From the IMG/VR virus record IMGVR_UViG_3300030329_004481: a DNA stretch of 64,000 bases, one strand, 5' to 3'. How positions within the stretch are numbered: position 1 is the first letter of the stretch; each line of letters starts with the position of its first letter. The translations under genes and the position numbers were made by a program. Origin of the DNA: a virus. Below, piece by piece: positions 36,369 through 46,009 of the stretch. Below the pieces are notes generated by a model, which was not told the DNA's origin, did no database searches, and was given only the letters and a program-made list of their open reading frames with translations.

Positions 36369-37239
36369 TATATAATTCTTTGATTGGTTTTCTTATATTA
36401 ATTCTATAATAATTAGATTTATCTCTCCTATATGCTTTCCAATCATTTTCATTACCCAAACCAATATGCATTGTATTTGTAGGATTTATTTTTATCTTTT
36501 CACAAACTTCCAATTGCATAAATTTATAAGTCAAAGGAATTGTATCTGGACTAAAATTTTTCATTAACTCTAACCCTATGAATGTATTCAAATGTATTCC
36601 ATGTTTCCAATCAGTTTGTAATCCCAAACCACATTCTTTTGAATTGGTAAATAAAATACCATTTCTATAATTGCCACAATTCAATCCTTTAGTTGTACTA
36701 AAGGTTGCACCTATTATACAATCATGATTAAAATCAAATTCCAATCTTTCACAAGTCCCAAACCAAGCACAATCAATCAATACTTCCACATTTCTTCTAT
36801 CACAAATATTTAATAAATTAAATAAATCTTCAGGGTAAGATCCATTTCCGCTAAAAGGAATACTTATTATTAAAGTATCTTGATCTGTAAGATCATTATA
36901 ATCTACAATGAAATCATTATTATAATCAAAATCTGTGACGTCCCTATTATATGGATATTCGCCATGCAACAATCTTAATTTTTTATTTTTTAATTTTGTA
37001 TAATAATGAAACCAATCTAATGCTTGTGTTGTTCCTAAACTTATAAATCTTCTTTTAAATTTTTTCAATCCAAAAAAGTTATTTAATTTACTTGATCTGA
37101 CCCAATCAATAAAAAAATTTAAATATTCATCTTGTACAATTGGTTGTTCTTTTAACCATTTTGATACACATTCAGATTCCTCCAAATATCCATAAAATTC
37201 ACTGTGTGAAATTGAATTACCTGACTTTTCTAATTTCAT
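36358..37239 (-). CDS. PLP-dependent enzyme (fold type I, truncated form)
   Basis: GTTQALD, GEY.Y, ISIPFS..G, IDCAWFG, FSTTKG...R.G. Confidence 0.75.
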   Translation of the reverse strand: MKLEKSGNSISHSEFYGYLEESECVSKWLKEQPIVQDEYLNFFIDWVRSSKLNNFFGLKKFKRRFISLGTTQALDWFHYYTKLKNKKLRLLHGEYPYNRDVTDFDYNNDFIVDYNDLTDQDTLIISIPFSGNGSYPEDLFNLLNICDRRNVEVLIDCAWFGTCERLEFDFNHDCIIGATFSTTKGLNCGNYRNGILFTNSKECGLGLQTDWKHGIHLNTFIGLELMKNFSPDTIPLTYKFMQLEVCEKIKINPTNTMHIGLGNENDWKAYRRDKSNYYRINIRKPIKELYNEK

Positions 37240-38356
37240 CTAAAATCTTTGTTTTTTCTATAAATTTATCATACAAATGTGACCAATCTTCATCAATATA
37301 TTTTAACAATCCTTCAACCTTTGGTTTGTGTATATAAGGTTCTAATATTTTTTTAACTTTTAATTTTTGTTCATAAGGTAATACTCTTACATTCAAATAG
37401 TCTGGATGATTTAATATATTCAAATAAGGATCTATATTATATTGATCAAAATAATTAAATATTTCAGGTAGATGCATAATATTATGAATTTGTACTGTTG
37501 TGTGAACTTGTAAAGACACATTCATGTCAATAAATGATTTTAATTGTTTTTCAATATTTTTCCAATTTGAAGGATATCTAATATAATCATTAATTTTTCC
37601 TATACCATCTATTGAGGCATTCATTTTTATTTTTTTAAAATGTTTCCAATATTCAATCATCTTTCGAGGAATATTTGTCAGATTTGAATTATATTTCAAT
37701 GTTATATTTTTAGCCAATCCTTTATCTATACATATATCAAATAATTTATATTGTTCAACTGCTAATGTTGGTTCTCCACCAGTAAGATAAATCATTTTAA
37801 CTGTATTTAAAATTGGAATTAAATTTTTCCATGTTGAAGGATCATTTGGCCAATCCATTTTTGATAAACGTATTTTTTCATTTGGATCGTTCCAATTTTC
37901 AATCAATTCCCAATCTTTCACCCATTGATTACTTGCATAAGGATTGCACATAATACATTTAAGGTTACATAGATTACCTAATCTCAAATCCACATATGTT
38001 ATATTTAAATCAGGACTAACAGTTTTTTGATATTCAAACATCCATTGCTCATTCCACGCATTTCTCGCACTTCTTAATCCTGAATCTTCTTCCCTAAAAC
38101 ACCTCTCACACATTTCTGGACGTTCATTATTTAAAAATTGTTTTCTTATTTTTTGATATGTTTCTGAATTCCAAACTTCTTTTATATCATCTTTATACAC
38201 TTTATACGGAGTGCCGTCATGTTTTAAAATGAAATTTTTTCCTGGAGTGCTATTACAACACACTCTATAATTTCCTGATGAATTTGTTGCCAAATGCATC
38301 CAAGGCAATATACAAAAATTATTTGGATATATTTTTTTCAACATCCACAAATCCAT
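37217..38356 (-). CDS. N-terminal twitch-domain radical SAM protein
   Basis: FCILPWMHL..RVCC, CERC, DLRLGNLCNLKCIMC, GGEPT, SIDG..DYIRYPS.W. Confidence 0.92.
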   Translation of the reverse strand: MDLWMLKKIYPNNFCILPWMHLATNSSGNYRVCCNSTPGKNFILKHDGTPYKVYKDDIKEVWNSETYQKIRKQFLNNERPEMCERCFREEDSGLRSARNAWNEQWMFEYQKTVSPDLNITYVDLRLGNLCNLKCIMCNPYASNQWVKDWELIENWNDPNEKIRLSKMDWPNDPSTWKNLIPILNTVKMIYLTGGEPTLAVEQYKLFDICIDKGLAKNITLKYNSNLTNIPRKMIEYWKHFKKIKMNASIDGIGKINDYIRYPSNWKNIEKQLKSFIDMNVSLQVHTTVQIHNIMHLPEIFNYFDQYNIDPYLNILNHPDYLNVRVLPYEQKLKVKKILEPYIHKPKVEGLLKYIDEDWSHLYDKFIEKTKILDEIRKVR

Positions 38357-39044
38357 ATTCTAATATTGATTGTATAGATTTATTATAACAACTAAAAAAA
38401 TGAGGTGCTTTTCTCCACGCAAATGATTCTGGATCAATTAACAACAATTTATCATTATCTAAACAAAGAACATTTTGTTCTGCAATATCATTATGAAAAA
38501 AATAAAATGTTTCTAAATTATCATGAAACTGGTCAATTGGTTCTTGATTAATAAAAACTAATCTTTCATATGTACCTAGATATGGATATTTAAAATATTT
38601 AAACATATCAACATACCAACTTGTAAATTCATTCATTACGTAAAGAAAAAATTCTTTATGTTCTTTTTCATTATCCAACATTGATACTAATTTATCATCC
38701 AATTGCATAAAATTATCATGTTTTTCTAAAACTATTAAAAAAAGATCTGGATCTTTAAAAAGAGGAAAATGACCGTGAACTTTCACCAAAAAATTAAATT
38801 TTTCAGATACTTCTTTATATTCATTATATTCTTCAGATGGAAAATCTTTAACAATTTTTAAAAAATAATTATCATATTGAGTTACATCAACAACTTGATT
38901 CACTTTATTGAAAATATCTTCAATTGAATATTTACTTGTATTTTGAATATTATCATGAAAAATAGTTGCAGAATAAATGATATCTTTTTGTGCTTTATTC
39001 ATTTCAACATAATAATCCATAATATTCTTTCGGCAATATATCAA
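38319..39044 (-). CDS. Kinase-like (APH/choline kinase superfamily) protein
   Basis: FLKI, FHNDIAEQNVL (HxDxxxxN catalytic loop), LLIDPES. Confidence 0.6.
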   Translation of the reverse strand: MIYCRKNIMDYYVEMNKAQKDIIYSATIFHDNIQNTSKYSIEDIFNKVNQVVDVTQYDNYFLKIVKDFPSEEYNEYKEVSEKFNFLVKVHGHFPLFKDPDLFLIVLEKHDNFMQLDDKLVSMLDNEKEHKEFFLYVMNEFTSWYVDMFKYFKYPYLGTYERLVFINQEPIDQFHDNLETFYFFHNDIAEQNVLCLDNDKLLLIDPESFAWRKAPHFFSCYNKSIQSILEYGFVDVEKNISK

Positions 39045-40413
39045 TAATTTTAATTCCTGTATGATTTTCTCTAACTTTTATGTAATTCCAAAATTGTTGT
39101 TTATATTTCCACTCCACATATTTTTTTGAATTTTTTAATAAAGTTATAATATCTAAGTATTCTTGCATACATAGATTTTTAAAACTAACAGATTCAACTT
39201 TATTAAAAATATCAAACGCTTTTGATTCAAGAAAATCAATTAAAAATTCTTTAGTTTGTTTATCTAAATATTCAACATTTAAAAATTCATTATCACCAAT
39301 ACATTGATTTAATGATATTCCAGGAGCTGAGTCCTTATATTTTTCATTATATTTTTCAATAAGTTTTATTATCCATTTTACAAAATCTGGTAAGGTCATT
39401 ATGTTTATTGTTGAATATGCTGAATTAAAATGTAAATTAAAATTTCTCCATTTTCCGAATTCATAATCATTACCATTAAATTGATAATTTTCAATTATGT
39501 AATTAACATTTCTATCAATCAGGTTCCAATTTCCCGGCCATCTTGTAAAATTATAAGTTCCGCCATACCCATCAAGACTAGCTGAAATTTCTGCAGTTTC
39601 AAATTTTGAAAGTATGTTAAGTTTTTTTCTTGAAATTTTTGTCAAATTACTACAAAAAGATAATTTAATATTTTTGGACAATTTTTTTTCAATAAGGTCT
39701 TCAAATTTTTTCCATAAAGAATTGATTATAAATGGTTCTCCGCCTGTTGAATATAAGTGTCTTATATTTGAATCCATTGAATCTAAACTTTTTAAAAAAA
39801 CATCGCTATCAGTCCAAGAAATTTCTTTTGATTTTGAATTTAATTTATTAACAGTATTTAATTTTTTAAGTGACTCATCACTAAAAACTGACTCATTTCC
39901 CAATTCAATTTGTTTATTCATATAATTTTGTAAACTAGTACTATTGAGAGGATGACACATAATGCATGATAAATTACATTTTGCACTCAATTTTATATCC
40001 AAATAATATGGCAAATCACTTACATTATAATTTTCCATTGATTCCACACGTCGTTTTACAAGATTGCCATTACCATCATCAATAATTTGAATTAAATTTT
40101 GATTTTGTCTATAACTTACAGTTTTTCCATTTTTTTCTTCTCTATAGCATTCACTACAATTAATTACCTTTTTACCATTCATCATATCTTTTCTAATGCT
40201 TTTCATATGATCACTATTCCATACTTCTTCTACACTATGAATTGAGGTATGTGTTTCTTGACCATCATTTGAAAAAATTGGATGTTCTGCTTTACAACAC
40301 AATTTATAAAATCCACTAGTATCAGTAGATATGTGTATCCAAGGAAAAACACAAAATGTATCAGTATTTTTAATAAATTTTTTCAAAAATTTTTCTGTTT
40401 TCTCTACTTTCAT
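39004..40413 (-). CDS. N-terminal twitch-domain radical SAM protein
   Basis: FCVFPWIH..LCC, CSEC, CNLSCIMC, GGEPF, SLDG..R.PG.W. Confidence 0.9.
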   Translation of the reverse strand: MKVEKTEKFLKKFIKNTDTFCVFPWIHISTDTSGFYKLCCKAEHPIFSNDGQETHTSIHSVEEVWNSDHMKSIRKDMMNGKKVINCSECYREEKNGKTVSYRQNQNLIQIIDDGNGNLVKRRVESMENYNVSDLPYYLDIKLSAKCNLSCIMCHPLNSTSLQNYMNKQIELGNESVFSDESLKKLNTVNKLNSKSKEISWTDSDVFLKSLDSMDSNIRHLYSTGGEPFIINSLWKKFEDLIEKKLSKNIKLSFCSNLTKISRKKLNILSKFETAEISASLDGYGGTYNFTRWPGNWNLIDRNVNYIIENYQFNGNDYEFGKWRNFNLHFNSAYSTINIMTLPDFVKWIIKLIEKYNEKYKDSAPGISLNQCIGDNEFLNVEYLDKQTKEFLIDFLESKAFDIFNKVESVSFKNLCMQEYLDIITLLKNSKKYVEWKYKQQFWNYIKVRENHTGIKIIDILPKEYYGLLC

Positions 40414-41811
40414 CTATAACAAACCTTTCATTTCAGGAAAAGTCTCTTTAAAATTAGTACCACGAATTCTATCCATAATTGTAATATATTCTACAAATTC
40501 GACCATTCTATTTGACCAATTTTCTGATTTCATAAATGTTATCAATCCTTTAAGTCCTTTTAATCCATAGTTTGCATTTTTCCATTCATCAAAAGATACC
40601 TTACCTTTATACCAAGATGGAATGCCTTTTTCCCAATTATTCTTCCACCACCCATAAAAATCAACATATTTTAAATGACAATCATCTTTAAACCATTGAG
40701 GTAAAATTTTTACATTTAATTGTGGTGGATGATATACAAAATGATAATTAATAGCACCAGCTCCAAATGGCCACATATTGATTTTTTTAAATCCTTCATC
40801 TAATTTCCATTTTATAAAATCTGGTATATAATATATGTTCAATGCTTGAACTGCACACGCAAGAGTAACTTCAACATTATCATCTGTATTATCAAGTAGA
40901 TGCATTTGTTTTACTTGATGATCCCATTTACTAGGATATCTTATATAATCATTCATAACACCAATAGAATCAATACTGTAATGAAATCTTACACGTTTAA
41001 ATTTATCCCATAATTTAAACAATCTGTCTGGCATTTCAACGCCATTACTATTGTATCTCAATTCAATTTGTTCAGCATATCCCATTTCAATTACTTTTTC
41101 AAGTAAAGTATAATGTTCTTCTATTATAGTACTTTCACCACCAGCAAAGTATAATTGATAAATGTTGGGTATCTGGCCATATAAATCATCCCAAAACTTA
41201 GGATTATTTTTATACCAATTATATGAAGCACCATGTTCATCTTTACCACCACCATGCCATTGTGCTGTATATTTTAATGATTCACTTTTTACTTGTGGAT
41301 AATATTCTTTCCAATCTGAAACCCATGCTGAAGAATCATGTGGACTGCACATAATACATTTTAAATTACATTTAGAACCTAAACGTAAATCAATATATCT
41401 AATTTTTGGTGGAATTTCACCATCCTCTTTTGTTTCACTTAAAATATCATCTAAACTAAATCTTTCTAACCAATATCTAGTTTCCCATGTTCTTTTTGAT
41501 AAATGTCCCGCATCTTCTTCTTTAAAACATTTCATACAACTATTGGGTCTTTCTCCCGCAAGCATTTGTTTTCTTACATTCTTCATATAAGAATTATTCC
41601 AAGATTCATTTAATCCTGCTACATTTAAATTAGCAGGTTTACCATCTTCTGTACGAAGTTCACCAACCTTGCCTCCATGTTGTTTATAATCAGTCTTTCC
41701 TACAGAAGATGCGTTTGCGGTACAACAAACCCTCATTGCTCCATCAGGCCTTGTACTAAGGTGCATCCATGGCAATGCACAAAAAGTTTCACTTGGTAAT
41801 TTTATTGCCAT
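40414..41811 (-). CDS. N-terminal twitch-domain radical SAM protein
   Basis: FCALPWMHL..RVCC, CMKC, DLRLGSKCNLKCIMC, AGGE, SIDS..DYIRYPSKW. Confidence 0.92.
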   Translation of the reverse strand: MAIKLPSETFCALPWMHLSTRPDGAMRVCCTANASSVGKTDYKQHGGKVGELRTEDGKPANLNVAGLNESWNNSYMKNVRKQMLAGERPNSCMKCFKEEDAGHLSKRTWETRYWLERFSLDDILSETKEDGEIPPKIRYIDLRLGSKCNLKCIMCSPHDSSAWVSDWKEYYPQVKSESLKYTAQWHGGGKDEHGASYNWYKNNPKFWDDLYGQIPNIYQLYFAGGESTIIEEHYTLLEKVIEMGYAEQIELRYNSNGVEMPDRLFKLWDKFKRVRFHYSIDSIGVMNDYIRYPSKWDHQVKQMHLLDNTDDNVEVTLACAVQALNIYYIPDFIKWKLDEGFKKINMWPFGAGAINYHFVYHPPQLNVKILPQWFKDDCHLKYVDFYGWWKNNWEKGIPSWYKGKVSFDEWKNANYGLKGLKGLITFMKSENWSNRMVEFVEYITIMDRIRGTNFKETFPEMKGLL

Positions 41812-42872
41812 TGCGCTTTATACGCATCAAACCCTGTACCACATTTGTTAGCACAGACTTTTAGTTTACCTTCCTTTACACTGGAACATGACCAAGAATT
41901 TTCAATCATATTAAAAAAATCTCCTTCAATTATATCTTTCAGTTCATTATATATAGCATTTATATTGTTGGCGTCTTTGATCATATTCCATATTGGTGCT
42001 TCTTTTGGTTTCCAATACCATTTATATTGCTGTCCACCCAACCAACAACAAGGGAAAATATGACCTTCAGCAGTGACAAATATTTCTGATTTTTCAATAG
42101 ATTTACAATTAATATCAGTAACATCATAATAATGATCCATACTTCCATACTTATTAACTAGATCCTTTTCTTGCTTTAACGCACTATTGATATACTCATC
42201 TTTTGGTTTTTCTAATTTTTGTGTTTCTTGTCCTTTTCTATTCATTCCTTGGTGAGATTCTTTTCCTTCATGTTTAACAGTAGAAAAAAATCTTCCTGTT
42301 TTCTTTGTTCTAAAATCATCAAACCTCATCTTTTTCGCTAACTCTCTTGCTTCTTCTATCTGATGTTGATTGTGGTCAAATATGATGAATTCCCAACGTG
42401 CTCTACCACCTTTAGAAATAAATGCAGCAGAATTTTTCATACAGTTTTCCCAATTAACACCTTGTCTATATAAATGATTTGTATCACCCAAACCGTCAAA
42501 AGAAAAAGTAACATGACCTTTTCTTCCCATGATAATTGCTAACTCTTTCCACCATTCAACATCTTGTGCACCACCATTTGTATTCATTGAAAGATGCATA
42601 TTGTTATTTTCAATTCTAAAATATTCTAAGCCATAAATACTATCATGTGAAATACATGGATCACCAAGATTACCACACATATACATATGATCCAATTGTT
42701 TAATAAATTCTTTTCTAAATATTATATGATAATCTAAAGTACTTAATTCTGCACCTGTGAGATATGGATTATCTTTACCGCCATTTATATTGCGATCGCA
42801 TTGAAGACATGCTGCTTGACATTTTTGTGTGGGTTCAATATGAACACTTTTAATATCAGAATATTTTAACAT
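41802..42872 (-). CDS. Radical SAM protein with C-terminal twitch/SPASM domain
   Basis: CQAACLQC, CGNLGDP, TNG, FSFDG...HLYR; C-terminal C...FVTAEG..FPCCW...CANKC. Confidence 0.9.
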   Translation of the reverse strand: MLKYSDIKSVHIEPTQKCQAACLQCDRNINGGKDNPYLTGAELSTLDYHIIFRKEFIKQLDHMYMCGNLGDPCISHDSIYGLEYFRIENNNMHLSMNTNGGAQDVEWWKELAIIMGRKGHVTFSFDGLGDTNHLYRQGVNWENCMKNSAAFISKGGRARWEFIIFDHNQHQIEEARELAKKMRFDDFRTKKTGRFFSTVKHEGKESHQGMNRKGQETQKLEKPKDEYINSALKQEKDLVNKYGSMDHYYDVTDINCKSIEKSEIFVTAEGHIFPCCWLGGQQYKWYWKPKEAPIWNMIKDANNINAIYNELKDIIEGDFFNMIENSWSCSSVKEGKLKVCANKCGTGFDAYKAQWQ

Positions 42873-43614
42873 GACAAATTTTTTCTGTTTAAAATGGGGA
42901 ACAAAATATTCACCAACATATGTGAATAGATTATTTAATTCACTTAAAGTAAATTATAACCATTCTTTTAATTTTCATTGTCTTACAGATAATTCTGATG
43001 GATTGAATAAAAATATTGAAATAAAACCAATACCCAAAACATTTTCAGAATATCCAAGAACACAAATTTTTACTTCTGAAAAAATGTGCTACTTCCATGA
43101 CTATGCTTATTTATCTGGAAAGAAAGCATGGTTTGATTTAGATATACTAATACATGGTAACATAACAAATCTAATTAATCAAGAACACAAAAAAATAAAA
43201 TTTATATGGAATTATTGGAGAGATCCATGGTCTTCAATAAAAAATTATGGATTCTTAACAACACCAATCAATTCATCTTTTGTTGCATGGCAAGATGATG
43301 TTGGACAAGATATATATGAAGAACTAATAAAAAATAAAGAAAAAGCATTTTTTACTTATCCATCATTTGACAAATACCTGTTTTATCAACCACATAGAAA
43401 AAATAAAATAAATTTCTGGCATGAAGGAATTGTTTATAATTACAATGTAGGTGCAAAATATCCACACAACTTATTCCCAAAACAATATATGAAAGATTAT
43501 AAAATATGCCTTTTTAATACTTCTCATAAAGCATGGGCTAGATCAAATGAAACACACTTTGAGTTACATGAAACTGATGATTGGGCAAAAGAAATTTGGG
43601 AAAGTTATGTTTGA
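42871..43614 (+). CDS. GT-A fold glycosyltransferase-like protein
   Basis: CLKWGTKYS..YVNRL, FHCLTD, FDLD (DxD), INSS, ICLFN. Confidence 0.85.
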   Translation: MTNFFCLKWGTKYSPTYVNRLFNSLKVNYNHSFNFHCLTDNSDGLNKNIEIKPIPKTFSEYPRTQIFTSEKMCYFHDYAYLSGKKAWFDLDILIHGNITNLINQEHKKIKFIWNYWRDPWSSIKNYGFLTTPINSSFVAWQDDVGQDIYEELIKNKEKAFFTYPSFDKYLFYQPHRKNKINFWHEGIVYNYNVGAKYPHNLFPKQYMKDYKICLFNTSHKAWARSNETHFELHETDDWAKEIWESYV

Positions 43615-44128
43615 ATTAAAATACAATACACCAAAAGAAATACATTATCTTATTGATTGGTCATGCAATGATAACAACAGATTGATAACAAAAAACTTAT
43701 ATGAAACAATAATAAATTTTTATAATGATGAAAGAATTAATTTTTTATGTAGTTGGTTTTGTGGATTAGAATATGAACATTTTGATAAGATGGGATTCGA
43801 TTGCCATTATTATGATGTTGATGAATATGTTTGTAAAGCTAATAAAGAATTAACAAATAAAGTCTATAATGTTGATGTAATTTTTGATGAAGTTAAAATT
43901 GAAGAAGGATTATATGTAAACAAATTTTGTGAAGACACATATCCTATCGGAAAAATTTATAAAGGTGAATTTGTCTTAATAGGATCAGACAATGATCATT
44001 TAGCATGTATAAATCAAATACATAATATAGATACATTAATAGAACAAAATGAATTGACCAAAATTTATTCTACAAAAACATTTAAAGGTTTATTTAACTA
44101 TTACATGGTGGCAGGATGCAATTTATAA
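43607..44128 (+). CDS. Degenerate methyltransferase-like protein, related to 44116..44844
   Basis: Likely ATG at 43607; LCSWFCG, YDVD, VNKFCE, DHLACIN, YMVAG parallel IGGWFG, YEID, INTSCE, DHINCV, YMAIG of the next gene. Confidence 0.55.
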   Translation: MFELKYNTPKEIHYLIDWSCNDNNRLITKNLYETIINFYNDERINFLCSWFCGLEYEHFDKMGFDCHYYDVDEYVCKANKELTNKVYNVDVIFDEVKIEEGLYVNKFCEDTYPIGKIYKGEFVLIGSDNDHLACINQIHNIDTLIEQNELTKIYSTKTFKGLFNYYMVAGCNL

Positions 44129-44844
44129 ACATAGTAAAAGACATTGAAAAGATTGATAAAGAAGATTTAGATCTTAATTATGAAATAGGACAATTACAAA
44201 AGAAAAAGGGCAAATTACTTCATGAAAGAAATAAAATATCTAAAGATTATAAAAAAAGTCCATATTATTTTATTAAAAAATGGATTACCAAATTTCATCC
44301 ACATTTACTAGAAAGTTACAATGATTCCATCTCAGATGGGCAATATAAATCAAAAATGTGGTTAAGAAGTGCTCTTAAAAATATACAACAACCACAACAT
44401 CCATTACATATAGAAATAATTGGTGGATGGTTTGGATTTCCTTTGATTGAAATGCTTGATTTTTTAAAAATAAAACAAATAGACTTTTATGAAATTGATG
44501 AGGATTGTAAAAAAGTTTTAGTCCAATATAGAAACAAATTTAAATATGATTTTAAAATTGTTGAATTTGAAAATTATTTTGAGAGAGAAGAATTGAGAAG
44601 ACGTGATATCATAATAAACACATCATGTGAACATATGGATGATATATCAAAAATGAAAAAGTATTATAAAAATAAACCCCTTTTAGTTCTACAATCAAAT
44701 AATTATTCTGAAATTGATGATCATATCAATTGTGTACAATCTTCAAATGAATTAAAAAGTAAAAATGAAATAAACATAAGTTATTATGCACAAGCATTAC
44801 AATTGGAAAAATATACAAGATACATGGCAATAGGTCAATGGTAA
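44116..44844 (+). CDS. Class I SAM-dependent methyltransferase-like protein
   Basis: GQ..SK.WL, IIGGWFG, YEID, INTSCEHM, LQSNNY..I.DHINC, RYMAIG. Confidence 0.75.
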   Translation: MQFINIVKDIEKIDKEDLDLNYEIGQLQKKKGKLLHERNKISKDYKKSPYYFIKKWITKFHPHLLESYNDSISDGQYKSKMWLRSALKNIQQPQHPLHIEIIGGWFGFPLIEMLDFLKIKQIDFYEIDEDCKKVLVQYRNKFKYDFKIVEFENYFEREELRRRDIIINTSCEHMDDISKMKKYYKNKPLLVLQSNNYSEIDDHINCVQSSNELKSKNEINISYYAQALQLEKYTRYMAIGQW

Positions 44845-45392
44845 CTATCATATTAGTTTGTACAGGGACAAAATATGATGAATGGTATGTAAACAACATA
44901 ATACATATGATTAAAAATTATGGTAATTTAATTTATGATGAAATACAAATAATAAGAAAAGGTGAAGGTAGTGTATATGACAAACTCCAAATGTTTAGAG
45001 ATTTTACAGAAGAAAGATATTACCTTTATTTTGATTTAGATGTTGTGATTAAAGGTGACATAAATCATTTAGTAAGAAAAGAATTTACAACTCTTTTTGC
45101 TTGGTGGCGACCCAAATTACATACACCAATTAACTCATCAATTATGTCATGGTCTGGTGATAATTCATATATTTACTATGATTTCCATGAAGATGAAAAC
45201 TACAGTAAAGTAAAATATTGGAGAGGAATTGATGAATATATTTACAAAGAAACATATTGTCAATTATATGAAAAAGTTTGCTGGTCATGTGCGTATGATG
45301 CAAAGGAATTGAATTATCCTGTATGTCTTTTTAATCATGGTAAAGATATGAAAAAAATTGAATGGACACAAAAATATTTGCTCTCAGAATAG
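44838..45392 (+). CDS. GT-A fold glycosyltransferase-like protein
   Basis: VCTGTKY..WYV, YDKLQMF, LYFDLDVVI, INSSIMSW. Confidence 0.85.
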   Translation: MVTIILVCTGTKYDEWYVNNIIHMIKNYGNLIYDEIQIIRKGEGSVYDKLQMFRDFTEERYYLYFDLDVVIKGDINHLVRKEFTTLFAWWRPKLHTPINSSIMSWSGDNSYIYYDFHEDENYSKVKYWRGIDEYIYKETYCQLYEKVCWSCAYDAKELNYPVCLFNHGKDMKKIEWTQKYLLSE

Positions 45393-46009
45393 GAAACAGA
45401 TATGGTATTGAATATGAAGATTATCTAAATTCTAAACTAGATAATATAACATGGATTCATGAACCATATAGAGATAATGTACTATTTCAATGGAATAAAT
45501 TATTTTTAATGAATCTTGAGATAGATGAACCAATTGTTGTCATAGACATTGACATATTACTAATCAATGATTATATGAAATTGATAGACTATCCTATTAA
45601 AGAAGATGAATTTGTATCTATTCATTCTTGGTGGAGAGATACAGACAATCCAAATTACACAATGAATGGTGGGTTTCAAAAATACTATCCAAAATCATGT
45701 AAATACATTTATGAAAAATTTATGAGCGATCCAATACATTGGCAAAGTTATTATATAAAAAATGGAACAACTATTGGACCAGTAAATGGAGAACAATATT
45801 TTGTAGAAGATTCAGTCAAAGAAAAATTAAAATTAAAATTAGTACCCTCTGAATGGGTATGTAGATTTAAAGAAACATATACAATGGATTGGCTATATAA
45901 CATTAATAAAAAATATCCAGGTGACTATATGTACATGGGTGATTTTAATCCAGATATAAAACTTATTCACTTTAATCAATATGGAAATACTAAAAGAATT
46001 TTTGACTGA
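45362..46009 (+). CDS. GT-A fold glycosyltransferase-like protein
   Basis: RIGNRYG..YE, QWNKL, VIDIDI (DxD), NGGF.K, GEQYFV, LIHF. Confidence 0.8.
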   Translation: MDTKIFALRIGNRYGIEYEDYLNSKLDNITWIHEPYRDNVLFQWNKLFLMNLEIDEPIVVIDIDILLINDYMKLIDYPIKEDEFVSIHSWWRDTDNPNYTMNGGFQKYYPKSCKYIYEKFMSDPIHWQSYYIKNGTTIGPVNGEQYFVEDSVKEKLKLKLVPSEWVCRFKETYTMDWLYNINKKYPGDYMYMGDFNPDIKLIHFNQYGNTKRIFD

